Origin: Isurus oxyrinchus
Lineage: Eukaryota
Assembly: GCA_026770705.1 (NCBI GenBank)
Contig: JANJGN010000163.1
Coordinates: 372,001-436,000 of the forward strand
Reading direction: 5' to 3'
DNA: 64,000 nt
Every line of letters starts with the position of its first letter. Positions within the stretch are counted from its first letter, which is position 1. Both the position numbers and the translations under genes were made by a program. Shown piece after piece: positions 10,901 to 25,900 of the stretch. The notes under the pieces are model-generated. The model saw nothing but the letters and a program-made list of their open reading frames with translations, was not told the origin of the DNA and searched no databases.

Positions 10901-13900
10901 AACTTGGGATGTCAACCTGGAATTGACAATCTAATTAGATATCAGACTTGGGATGTCAACCAGGAATTGACAATCTAATTAGATATCAAAATTGGGATGT
11001 CAACCTAGAATTGACACTCTAATTAGATATCAGACTTGGGATGTCAACCTGGAATTGACAATCTAATTAGATATCACACTTGGGATATCAACCTGGAATT
11101 GACAATCTAATTAGATATCAGACTTGGGATGTCAACCTGGAATTGACAATCTAATTAGATATCAGACTTGGGATGTCAACCTGGAATTGACAATCTCATT
11201 AGATATCAGACTTGGGATGTCAACCTGGAATTGACAATCTAATTAGATATCAGACTTGGGATGTCAACCTGGAATTGACAATCTAATTAGATATCAGACT
11301 TGGGATGTCAACTTGGAATTGACAATCTAATTAGATATCAGACTTGGCATGTCAACCTGGAATTGACAATCTAATTAGAAATCAGACTTGGGATGTCAAC
11401 TTGGAATTGACAATCTAATTAGATATCAGACTTGGGATGTCAACCTGGAATTGACAATCTAATTAGATATCAGACTTGGGATGTCAACTTGGAATTGACA
11501 ATCTAATTAGATATCAGACTTGGGATGTCAACCTGGAATTGACAATCTAATTAGATATCAGACTTGGGATGTCAACTTGGAATTGACAATCTAATTAGAT
11601 ATCACACTTGGGATGTCAACCTGGATTTGACAATCTAATTAGATATCAGACTTGGGATGTCAACTTGGAATTGACAATCTAATTAGATATCAGACTTGGG
11701 ATGTCAACCTGGAATTGACAATCTAATTAGAAATCAGACTTGGGATGTCGACTTGGAATTGACAATCTAATTAGATATCAGACTTGGGATGTCAATCTGG
11801 AATTGACAATCTAATTAGATATCAGACTTGGGATGTCAACCTGCTATTGACATTCTAATTAGATATCAGACTTGGGATGTCAACTTGGAATTGACAATCT
11901 AATTAGATATCAAACTTGGGATGTCAACCTGGAATTGACAATCTAATTAGATATCAAACTTGGGATGTCAACTTGGAATTGACAATCTAATTAGATATCA
12001 GACTTGGGATGTCAACCTGGAATTGACAATCTAATTAGATATCAAAATTGGGATGTCAACTTAGAATTGACAATCTAATTAGATATCAGACTTGGGATGT
12101 CAACCTGGAATTGACAATCTAATTAGATATCACACTTGGGATATCAACCTGGAATTGACAATCTAATTAGATATCAGACTTGGGATGTCAACCTGGAATT
12201 GACAATCTAATGAGATATCAGACTTGGGATGTCAACCTGGAATTGACAATCTCATTAGATACCAGACTTGGGATGTCAACCTGGAATTGACAATCTAATT
12301 AGATATCAAACTTGGGATGTCAACCTGGAATTGACAATCTAATTAGATATCAGACTTGGGATGTCAACCTGGAATTGACAATCTAATTAGATATCACACT
12401 TTGGATGTCAACCTGGATTTGACAATCTAATTAGATATCAGACTTGGGATGTCAACCTGGAATTGACAATCTAATTAGATATCAGACTTGGGATGTCAAC
12501 CTGGAATTGACAATCTAATTAGATATCAGACTTGGGATGTCAACCTGGAATTGACAATCTAATTAGATATCAGACTTGGGATGTCAACTTGGAATTGACA
12601 ATCTAATTAGATATCAAACTTGGGATGTCAACCTGGAATTGACAATCTAATTAGATATCAGACTTGGGATGTCAATCTGGAATTGACAATCTAATTAGAT
12701 ATCAGACTTGGGGTGTCAACTTGGAATTGACAATCTAATTAGATATCAAACTTGGGATGTCAACCTGGAATTGACAATCTAATTCGATATCAAACTTGGG
12801 ATGTCAACTTGGAATTGACAATCTAATTAGATATCAAACTTGGGATGTCAACCTTGAATTGACAATCTAATTAGATATCAAACTTGGGATGTCAACCTGG
12901 AATTGACAATCTAATTAGATATCAGACTTGGGATGTCAACCTGGAATTGACAATCTAATTAGATATCAAAATTGGGATGTCAACCTAGAATTGACAATCT
13001 AATTAGATATCAGACTTGGGATGTCAACCTGGAATTGACAATCTAATTAGATATCACACTTGGGATATCAACCTGGAATTGACAATCTAATTAGATATCA
13101 GACTTGGGATGTCAACCTGGAATTGACAATCTCATTAGATATCAGACTTGGGATGTCAACCTGGAATTGACAATCTCATGAGATATCAGACTTGGGATGT
13201 CAACCTGGAATTGACAATCTAATTAGATATCAGACTTGGGATGTCAACTTGGAATTGACAATCTAATTAGATATCAGACTTGGCATGTCAACCTGGAATT
13301 GACAATCTAATTAGAAATCAGACTTGGGATGTCAACTTGGAATTGACAATCTAATTAGATATCAGACTTGGGATGTCAACGTGGAATTGACAATCTAATT
13401 AGATATCAGACTTGGGATGTCAACTTGGAATTGACAATCTAATTAGATATCAGACTTGGGATGTCAACCTGGAATTGACAATCTAATTAGATATCAGACT
13501 TGGGATGTCAACTTGGAATTGACAATCTAATTAGATATCACACTTGGGATGTCAACCTGGATTTGACAATATAATTAGATATCAGACTTGGGATGTCAAC
13601 TTGGAATTGGCAATCTAATTAGATATCAGACTTGGGATGTCAACCTGGAATTGACAATCTAATTAGATGTCAGACTTGGGATGTCAACCTGGAATTGACA
13701 ATCTCATTAGATATCAGACTTGGGATGTCAACCTGGAATTGACAATCTAATTAGATATCACACTTGGGATGTCAACCTGGATTTGACAATCTAATTAGTT
13801 ATCAAACTTGGGATGTCAACCTGGAATTGACAATCTAATTAGATATCAAACTTGGGATGTCAACTTGGAATTGACAATCTAATTAGATATCAGACTTGGG

Positions 13901-16900
13901 ATGTCAACCTGGAATTGACAATCTAATTAGATATCAAAATTGGGATGTCAACCTAGAATTGACACTCTAATTAGATATCAGACTTGGGATGTCAACCTGG
14001 AATTGACAATCTAATTAGATATCACACTTGGGATATCAACCTGGAATTGACAATCTAATTAGATATCAGACTTGGGATGTCAACCTGGAATTGACAATCT
14101 AATTAGATATCAGACTTGGGATGTCAACCTGGAATTGACAATCTCATTAGATATCAGACTTGGGATGTCAACCTGGAATTGACAATCTAATTAGATATCA
14201 GACTTGGGATGTCAACCTGGAATTGACAATCTAATTAGATATCAGACTTGGGATGTCAACTTGGAATTGACAATCTAATTAGATATCAGACTTGGCATGT
14301 CAACCTGGAATTGACAATCTAATTAGAAATCAGACTTGGGATGTCAACTTGGAATTGACAATCTAATTAGATATCAGACTTGGGATGTCAACCTGGAATT
14401 GACAATCTAATTAGATATCAGACTTGGGATGTCAACTTGGAATTGACAATCTAATTAGATATCAGACTTGGGATGTCAACCTGGAATTGACAATCTAATT
14501 AGATATCAGACTTGGGATGTCAACTTGGAATTGACAATCTAATTAGATATCACACTTGGGATGTCAACCTGGATTTGACAATCTAATTAGATATCAGACT
14601 TGGGATGTCAACTTGGAATTGACAATCTAATTAGATATCAGACTTGGGATGTCAACCTGGAATTGACAATCTAATTAGAAATCAGACTTGGGATGTCGAC
14701 TTGGAATTGACAATCTAATTAGATATCAGACTTGGGATGTCAATCTGGAATTGACAATCTAATTAGATATCAGACTTGGGATGTCAACCTGCTATTGACA
14801 TTCTAATTAGATATCAGACTTGGGATGTCAACTTGGAATTGACAATCTAATTAGATATCAAACTTGGGATGTCAACCTGGAATTGACAATCTAATTAGAT
14901 ATCAAACTTGGGATGTCAACTTGGAATTGACAATCTAATTAGATATCAGACTTGGGATGTCAACCTGGAATTGACAATCTAATTAGATATCAAAATTGGG
15001 ATGTCAACTTAGAATTGACAATCTAATTAGATATCAGACTTGGGATGTCAACCTGGAATTGACAATCTAATTAGATATCACACTTGGGATATCAACCTGG
15101 AATTGACAATCTAATTAGATATCAGACTTGGGATGTCAACCTGGAATTGACAATCTAATGAGATATCAGACTTGGGATGTCAACCTGGAATTGACAATCT
15201 CATTAGATACCAGACTTGGGATGTCAACCTGGAATTGACAATCTAATTAGATATCAAACTTGGGATGTCAACCTGGAATTGACAATCTAATTAGATATCA
15301 GACTTGGGATGTCAACCTGGAATTGACAATCTAATTAGATATCACACTTTGGATGTCAACCTGGATTTGACAATCTAATTAGATATCAGACTTGGGATGT
15401 CAACCTGGAATTGACAATCTAATTAGATATCAGACTTGGGATGTCAACCTGGAATTGACAATCTCATTAGATATCAGACTTGGGATGTCAACCTGGAATT
15501 GACAATCTAATTAGATATCAGACTTGGGATGTCAATTTGGAATTGACAATCTAATTAGATATCAAACTTGGGATGTCAACCTGGAATTGACAATCTAATT
15601 AGATATCAGACTTGGGATGTCAATCTGGAATTGACAATCTAATTAGATATCAGACTTGGGGTGTCAACTTGGAATTGACAATCTAATTAGATATCAAACT
15701 TGGGATGTCAACCTGGAATTGACAATCTAATTCGATATCAAACTTGGGATGTCAACTTGGAATTGACAATCTAATTAGATATCAAACTTGGGATGTCAAC
15801 CTTGAATTGACAATCTAATTAGATATCAAACTTGGGATGTCAACCTGGAATTGACAATCTAATTAGATATCAGACTTGGGATGTCAACCTGGAATTGACA
15901 ATCTAATTAGATATCAAAATTGGGATGTCAACCTAGAATTGACAATCTAATTAGATATCAGACTTGGGATGTCAACCTGGAATTGACAATCTAATTAGAT
16001 ATCACACTTGGGATATCAACCTGGAATTGACAATCTAATTAGATATCAGACTTGGGATGTCAACCTGGAATTGACAATCTCATTAGATATCAGACTTGGG
16101 ATGTCAACCTGGAATTGACAATCTCATGAGATATCAGACTTGGGATGTCAACCTGGAATTGACAATCTAATTAGATATCAGACTTGGGATGTCAACTTGG
16201 AATTGACAATCTAATTAGATATCAGACTTGGCATGTCAACCTGGAATTGACAATCTAATTAGAAATCAGACTTGGGATGTCAACTTGGAATTGACAATCT
16301 AATTAGATATCAGACTTGGGATGTCAACCTGGAATTGACAATCTAATTAGATATCAGACTTGGGATGTCAACTTGGAATTGACAATCTAATTAGATATCA
16401 GACTTGGGATGTCAACCTGGAATTGACAATCTAATTAGATATCAGACTTGGGATGTCAACTTGGAATTGACAATCTAATTAGATATCACACTTGGGATGT
16501 CAACCTGGATTTGACAATATAATTAGATATCAGACTTGGGATGTCAACTTGGAATTGACAATCTAATTAGATATCAGACTTGGGATGTCAACCTGGAATT
16601 GACAATCTAATTAGAAATCAGACTTGGGATGTCGACTTGGAATTGACAATCTAATTAGAAATCAGACTTGGGATGTCAATCTGGAATTGACAATCTAATT
16701 AGATATCAGACTTGGGATGTCAACCTGCTATTGACAATCTAATTAGATATCAGACTTGGGATGTCAACTTGGAATTGACAATCTAATTAGTTATCAAACT
16801 TGGGATGTCAACCTGGAATTGACAATCTAATTAGATATCAAACTTGGGATGTCAACTTGGAATTGACAATCTAATTAGATATCAGACTTGGGATGTCAAC

Positions 16901-19900
16901 CTGGAATTGACAATCTAATTAGATATCAAAATTGGGATGTCAACCTAGAATTGACATTCTAATTAGATATCAGACTTGGGATGTCAACCTGGAATTGACA
17001 ATCTAATTAGATATCACACTTGGGATATCAACCTGGAATTGAAAATCTAATTAGATATCAGACTTGGGATGTCAACCTGGAATTGACAATCTAATTAGAT
17101 ATCAGACTTGGGATGTCAACCTGGAATTGACAATCTCATTAGATATCAGACTTGGGATGTCAACCTGGAATTGACAATCTAATTAGATATCAAACTTGGG
17201 ATGTCAACCTGGAATTGACAATCTAATTAGATATCAGACTTGGGATGTCAACCTGGAATTGACAATCTAATTAGATATCACACTTGGGATGTCAACCTGG
17301 ATTTGACAATCTAATTAGATATCAGACTTGGGATGTCAACCTGGAATTGACAATCTGATTAGATATCAGACTTGGGATGTCAACCTGGAATTGACAATCT
17401 CATTAGATATCAGACTTGGGATGTCAACCTGGAATTGACAATCTAATTAGATATCAGACTTGGGATGTCAACTTGGAATTGACAATCTAATTAGATATCA
17501 AACTTGGGATGTCAACCTGGAATTGACAATCTAATTAGATATCAGACTTGGGATGTCAATCTGGAATTGACAATCTAATTAGATATCAGACTTGGGGTGT
17601 CAACTTGGAATTGACAATCTAATTAGATATCAGACTTGGGATGTCAACCTGGAATTGACAATCTAATTAGATATCAGACTTGGGATGTCAACCTGGAATT
17701 GACAATCTCATTAGATATCAGACTTGGGATGTCAACCTGGAATTGACAATCTAATTAGATATCAGACTTGGGATGTCAACTTGGAATTGACAATCTAATT
17801 AGATATCAAACTTGGGATGTCAACCTGGAATTGACAATCTAATTAGATATCAGACTTGGGATGTCAATCTGGAATTGACAATCTAATTAGATATCAGACT
17901 TGGGGTGTCAACTTGGAATTGACAATCTAATTAGATATCAAACTTGGGATGTCAACCTGGAATTGACAATCTAATTCGATATCAAACTTGGGATGTCAAC
18001 TTGGAATTGACAATCTAATTAGATATCAAACTTGGGATGTCAACCTTGAATTGACAATCTAATTAGATATCAAACTTGGGATGTCAACCTGGAATTGACA
18101 ATCTAATTAGATATCAGACTTGGGATGTCAACCTGGAATTGACAATCTAATTAGATATCAAAATTGGGATGTCAACCTAGAATTGACAATCTAATTAGAT
18201 ATCAGACTTGGGATGTCAACCTGGAATTGACAATCTAATTAGATATCACTCTTGGGATATCAACCTGGAATTGACAATCTAATTAGATATCAGACTTGGG
18301 ATGTCAACCTGGAATTGACAATCTAATTAGATATCAGACTTGGGATCTCAACCTGGAATTGACAATCTAATTAGAAATCAGACTTGGGATGTCAACTTGG
18401 AATTGACAATCTAATTAGATATCAGACTTGGGATGTCAATGTGGAATTGACAATCTAATTAGATATCAGACTTGGGATGTCAACTTGGAATTGACAATCT
18501 AATTAGATATCAGACTTGGGATGTCAACCTGGAATTGACAATCTAATTAGATATCAGACTTGGGATGTCAACTTGGAATTGACAAACTAATTAGATATCA
18601 CTCCTGGGATGTCAACCTGGATTTGACAATCTAATTAGATATCAGACTTGGGATGTCAACTTGGAATTGACAATCTAATTAGATATCAGACTTGGGATGT
18701 CAACCTGGAATTGACAATCTAATTAGAAATCAGACTTGGGATGTCGACTTGGAATTGACAATCGAATTAGATATCAGACTTGGGATGTCAATCTGGAATT
18801 GACAATCTAATTAGATATCAGACTTGGGATGTCAACCAGCTATTGACAATCTAATTAGATATCAGACTTGGGATGTCAACTTGGAATTGACAATCTAATT
18901 AGATATCAAACTTGGGATGTCAACCTGGAATTGACAATCTAATTAGATATCAAACTTGGGATGTCAACTTGGAATTGACAATCTAATTAGATATCAGACT
19001 TGGGATGTCAACCTGGAATTGACAATCTAATTAGATATCAAAATTGGGATGTCAACCTAGAATTGACAATCTAATTAGATATCAGACTTGGGATGTCAAC
19101 CTGGAATTGACAATCTAATTAGATATCACACTTGGGATATCAACCTGGAATTGACAATCTAATTAGATATCAGACTTGGGATTTCAACCTGGAATTGACA
19201 ATCTAATTAGATATCAGACTTGGGATGTCAACCTGGAATTGACAATCTCATTAGATATCAGACTTGGGATGTCAACCTGGAATTGACAATCTAATTAGAT
19301 ATCAGACTTGGGATGTCAACCTGGAATTGACAATCTAATTAGATATCAGACTTGGCATGTCAACCTGGAATTGACAATCTAATTAGAAGTCAGACTTGGG
19401 ATGTCAACTTGGAATTGACAATCTCATTAGATATCAGACTTGGGATGTCAACCTGGAATTGACAATCTAATTAGATATCAGACTTGGGATGTCAACTTGG
19501 AAGTGACAATCTAATTAGATATCAGACTTGGGATGTCAACCTGGAATTGACAATCTAATTAGATATCAGACTTGGGATGTCAACTTGGAATTGACAATCT
19601 AATTAGATATCACACTTGGGATGTCAACCTGGATTTGACAATCTAATTAGATATCAGACTTGGGATGTCAACCTGGAATTGACAATCTAATTAGATATCA
19701 GACTTGGGATGTCAACCTGGAATTGACAATCTCATTAGATATCAGACTTGGGATGTCAACCTGGAATTGACAATCTAATTAGAAATCAGACTTGGGATGT
19801 CGACTTGGAATTGACAATCTAATTAGATATCAGACTTGGGATGTCAATCTGGAATTGACAATCTAATTAGATATCAGACTTGGGATGTCAACCTGCTATT

Positions 19901-22900
19901 GAAAATCTAATTAGATATCAGACTTGGGATGTCAACTTGGAATTGACAATCTAATTAGATATCAAACTTGGGATGTCAACCTGGAATTGACAATCTAATT
20001 AGATATCAAACTTGGGATGTCAACTTGGAATTGACAATCTAATTAGATATCAGACTTGGGATGTCAACCTAGAATTGACAATCTAATTAGATATCACACT
20101 TGGGATGTCAACCTGGATTTGACAATCTAATTAGATATCAGACTTGGGATGTCAACTTGGAATTGACAATCTAATTAGATATCACACTTGGGATGTCAAC
20201 CTGGATTTCACAATCTAATTAGATATCAGACTTGGGATGTCAACCTGGAATTGACAATCTAATTAGATATCAAACTTGGGATGTCAACCTGGAATTGACA
20301 ATCTAATTAAATATCAGACTTGGGATGTTAACCTGGAATTGACAATATAATTAGATATCACACTTGGGATGTCAACCTGGATTTGACAATCTAATTAGAT
20401 ATCAGACTTGGGATGTCAACCTGGAATTGACAATCTAATTAGATATCAGACTTGGGATGTCAACCTGGAATTGACAATCTCATTAGATATCAGACTTGGG
20501 ATGTCAACCTGGAATTGACAATCTAATTAGATATCAGACTTGGGATGTCAACTTGGAATTGACAATCTAATTAGATATCAAACTTGGGATGTCAACCTGG
20601 AAATGACAATCTAATTAGATATCAGACTTGGGATGTCAATCTGGAATTGACAATCTAATTAGATATCAGACTTGGGGTGTCAACTTGGAATTGACAATCT
20701 AATTAGATATCAAACTTGGGATGTCAACCTGGAATTGACAATCTAATTAGATATCAAACTTGGGATGTCAACTTGGAATTGACAATCTAATTGGATATCA
20801 AACTTGGGCTGTCAACCTGGAATTGACAATCTAATTAGATATCAAACTTGGGATGTCAACCTGGAATTGACAATCTAATTAGATATCAGACTTGGGATGT
20901 CAACCTGGAATTGACAATCTAATTAGATATCAAAATTGGGATGTCAACCTAGAATTGACAATCTAATTAGATATCAGACTTGGGATGTCAACCTGGAATT
21001 GACAATCTAATTAGATATCAGACTTGGGATATCAACCTGGAATTGACAATCTAATTAGATATCAGACTTGGGATGTCAACCTGGAATTGACAATCTAATT
21101 AGATATCAGACTTGGGATGTCAACCTGGAATTGACAATCTCATTAGATATCAGACTTGGGATGTCAACCTGGAATTGACAATCTAATTAGATATCAGACT
21201 TGGGATGTCAACCTGGAATTGACAATCTAATTAGATATCAGACTTGGGATGTCAACTTGGAATTGACAATCTAATTAGATATCAGACTTGGCATGTCAAC
21301 CTGGAATTGACAATCTAATTAGAAATCAGACTTGGGATGTCAACTTGGAATTGACAATCTAATTAGATATCAGACTTGGGATGTCAACCTGGAATTGACA
21401 ATCTAATTAGATATCAGACTTGGGATGTCAACTTGGAATTGACAATCTAATTAGATATCAGACTTGGGATGTCAACCTGGAATTGACAATCTAATTAGAT
21501 ATCAGACTTGGGATGTCAACTTGGAATTGACAATCTAATTAGATATCAGACTTGGGATGTCAACCTGGATTTGACAATCTAATTAGATATCAGACTTGGG
21601 ATGTCAACTTGGAATTGACAATCTAATTAGATATCAGACTTGGGATGTCAACCTGGAATTGACAATCTAATTAGAAATCAGACTTGGGATGTCGACTTGG
21701 AATTGACAATCTAATTAGATATCAGACTTGGGATGTCAATCTGGAATTGACAATCTAATTAGATATCAGACTTGGGATGTCAACCTGCTATTGACAATCT
21801 AATTAGATATCAGACTTGGGATGTCAAGTTGGAATTGACAATCTAATTAGATATCAAACTTGGGATGTCAACCTGGAATTGACAATCTAATTAGATATCA
21901 AAATTGGGATGTCAACTTGGAATTGACAATCTAATTAGATATCAGACTTGGGATGTCAACCTGGAATTGACAATCTAATTAGATATCAAACTTGGGATGT
22001 CAACCTGGAATTGACAATCTAATTAGATATCACACTTGGGATGTCAACCTGGATTTGACAATCTAATTAGATATCAGACTTGGGATGTCAACCTGGAATT
22101 GACAATCTAATTAGATATCAAACTTGGGATGTCAACCTGGAATTGACAATCTAATTAGATATCAGACTTGGGATGTCAACCTGGAATTGACAATCTAATT
22201 AGATATCAGACTTGGGATGTCAACCTGGAATTGACAATCTAATTAGATATCAGACTTGGGATGTCAACCTGGAATTGACAATCTAATTAGATATCAGACT
22301 TGGGATGTCAACCTGGAATTGACAATCTAATTAGATATCAAACTTGGGATGTCAACCTGGAATTGACGATCTAATTAGATATCAGACTTGGGATGTCAAC
22401 CTGGAATTGACAATCTAATTAGATGTCACACTTGGGATGTCAACCTGGATTTGACAATCTAATTAGATATCAGACTTGGGATGTCAACCTGGAATTGACA
22501 ATCTAATTAGATATCAGATTTGGGATGTCAACCTGGAATTGACAATCTCATTAGATATCAGACTTGGGATGTCAACCTGGAATTGACAATCTAATTAGAT
22601 ATCAGACTTGGGATGTCAACCTTGAATTGACAATCTAATTAGATATCAGAGTTGGGATGTCAACTTGGAATTGACAATCTAATTAGATATCAGACTTGGG
22701 ATGTCAACCTGGAATTGACAATCTAATTAGATATCAGACTTGGGATGTCAACTTGGAATTGACAATCTAATTAGATATCACACTTGGGATGTCAACCTGG
22801 ATTTGACAATCTAATTAGATATCAGACTTGGGATGTCACCTTGGAATTGACAATCTAATTAGATATCAGACTTGGGATGTCAACCTGGAATTGACAATCT

Positions 22901-25900
22901 AATTAGATATCAGACTTGGGATGTCGACTTGGAATTGACAATCTAATTAGATATCAGACTTGGGATGTCAACCTGGAATTGACAATCTAATTAGATATCA
23001 GACTTGGGATGTCAACCTGGAATTGACAATCTAATTAGATATCAAACTTGGGATGTCAACCTGGAATTGACAATCTAATTAGATATCAAACTTGGGATGT
23101 CAACTTGGAATTGACAATCTAATTAGATATCAGACTTGGGATGTCAACTTGGAATTGACAATCTAATTAGATATCAAACTTGGGATGTCAACCTGGAATT
23201 GACAATCTAATTAGATATCAGACTTGGGATGTCAATCTGGAATTGACAATCTAATTAGATATCAGACTTGGGGTGTCAACTTGGAATTGACAATCTAATT
23301 AGATATCACACTTGGGATGTCAACCTGGATTTGACAATCTAATTAGATATCAGACTTGGGATGTCAACCTGGAATTGACAATCTAATTAGATATCAAACT
23401 TGGGATGTCAACCTGGAATTGACAATCTAATTAGATATCAGACTTGGGATGTCAACCTGGAATTGACAATCTAATTAGATATCACACTTGGGATGTCAAT
23501 CTGGAATTGACAATCTAATTAGATATCCGACTTGGGGTGTCAACTTGGAATTGACAATCTAATTAGATATCAAACTTGGGATGTCAACCTGGAATTGACA
23601 ATCTAATTAGATATCAAACTTGGGATGTCAACTTGGAATTGACAATCTAATTAGATATCAAACTTGGGATGTCAACCTGGAATTGACAATCTAATTAGAT
23701 ATCAAACTTGGGATGTCAACCTGGAATTGACAATCTAATTAGATATCAGACTTGGGATGTCAACCTGGAATTGACAATCTAATTAGATATCAAAATTGGG
23801 ATGTCAACCTAGAATTGACAATCTAATTAGATATCAGACTTGGGATGTCAACCTGGAATTGACAATCTAATTAGATATCACACTTGGGATATCAACCTGG
23901 AATTGACAATCTAATTAGATATAAGACTTGGGATGTCAACCTGGAATTGACAATCTAATTAGATATCAGACTTGGGAAGTCAACCTGGAATTGACAATCT
24001 CATTACATATCAGACTTGGGATGTCAACCTGGAATTGACAATCTAATTAGCTATCAGACTTGGGATGTCAACCTGGAATTGACAATCTAATTAGATATCA
24101 GACTTGGGATGTCAACTTGGAATTGACAATCTAATTAGATATCAGACTTGGGATGTCAAACTGGAATTGACAATCTAATTAGAAATCAGACTTGGGATGT
24201 CAACTTGGAATTGACAATCTAATTAGATATCAGACTTGGGATGTCAACCTTGAATTGACAATCTAATTAGATATCAGAGTTGGGATGTCAACTTGGAATT
24301 GACAATCTAATTAGATATCAGACTTGGGATGTCAACCTGGAATTGACAATCTAATTAGATATCAGACTTGGGATGTCAACTTGGAATTGACAATCTAATT
24401 AGATATCACACTTGGGATGTCAACCTGGATTTGACAATCTAATTAGATATCAGACTTGGGATGTCAACTTGGAATTGACAATCTAATTAGATATCAGACT
24501 TGGGATGTCAACCTGGAATTGACAATCTAATTAGATATCAGACTTGGGATGTCGACTTGGAATTGACAATCTAATTAGATATCAGACTTGGGAAGTCAAC
24601 CTGGAATTGACAATCTAATTAGATATCAGACTTGGGATGTCAACCTGGAATTGACAATCTAATTAGATATCAAACTTGGGATGTCAACCTGGAATTGACA
24701 ATCTAATTAGATATCAAACTTGGGATGTCAACTTGGAATTGACAATCTAATTAGATATCAGACTTGGGATGTCAACTTGGAATTGACAATCTAATTAGAT
24801 ATCAAACTTGGGATGTCAACCTGGAATTGACAATCTAATTAGATATCAGACTTGGGATGTCAATCTGGAATTGACAATCTAATTAGATATCAGACTTGGG
24901 GTGTCAACTTGGAATTGACAATCTAATTAGATATCACACTTGGGATGTCAACCTGGATTTGACAATCTAATTAGATATCAGACTTGGGATGTCAACCTGG
25001 AATTGATAATCTAATTAGATATCAAACTTGGGATGTCAACCTGGAATTGACAATCTAATTAGATATCAGACTTGGGATGTCAACCTGGAATTGACAATCT
25101 AATTAGATATCACACTTGGGATGTCAACCTGGATTTGACAATCTAATTAGATATCAGACTTGGGATGTCAACCTGGAATTGACAATCTAATTAGATATCA
25201 GACTTGGGATGTCAACCTGGAATTGACAATCTCATTAGATATCAGACTTGGGATGTCAACCTGGAATTGACAATCTAATTAGATATCAGACTTGGGATGT
25301 CAACTTGGAATTGACAATCTAATTAGATATCAAACTTGGGATGTCAACCTGGAATTGACAATCTAATTAGATATCAGACTTGGGATGTCAATCTGGAATT
25401 GACAATCTAATTAGATATCAGACTTGGGGTGTCAACTTGGAATTGACAATCTAATTAGATATCAAACTTGGGATGTCAACCTGGAATTGACAATCTAATT
25501 AGATATCAAACTTGGGATGTCAACTTGGAATTGACAATCTAATTAGATATCAAACTTGGGATGTCAACCTTGAATTGACAATCTAATTAGATATCAAACT
25601 TGGGATGTCAACCTGGAATTGACAATCTAATTAGATATCAGACTTGGGATGTCAACCAGGAATTGACAATCTAATTAGATATCAAAATTGGGATGTCAAC
25701 CTAGAATTGACACTCTAATTAGATATCAGACTTGGGATGTCAACCTGGAATTGACAATCTAATTAGATATCACACTTGGGATATCAACCTGGAATTGACA
25801 ATCTAATTAGATATCAGACTTGGGATGTCAACCTGGAATTGACAATCTAATTAGATATCAGACTTGGGATGTCAACCTGGAATTGACAATCTCATTAGAT

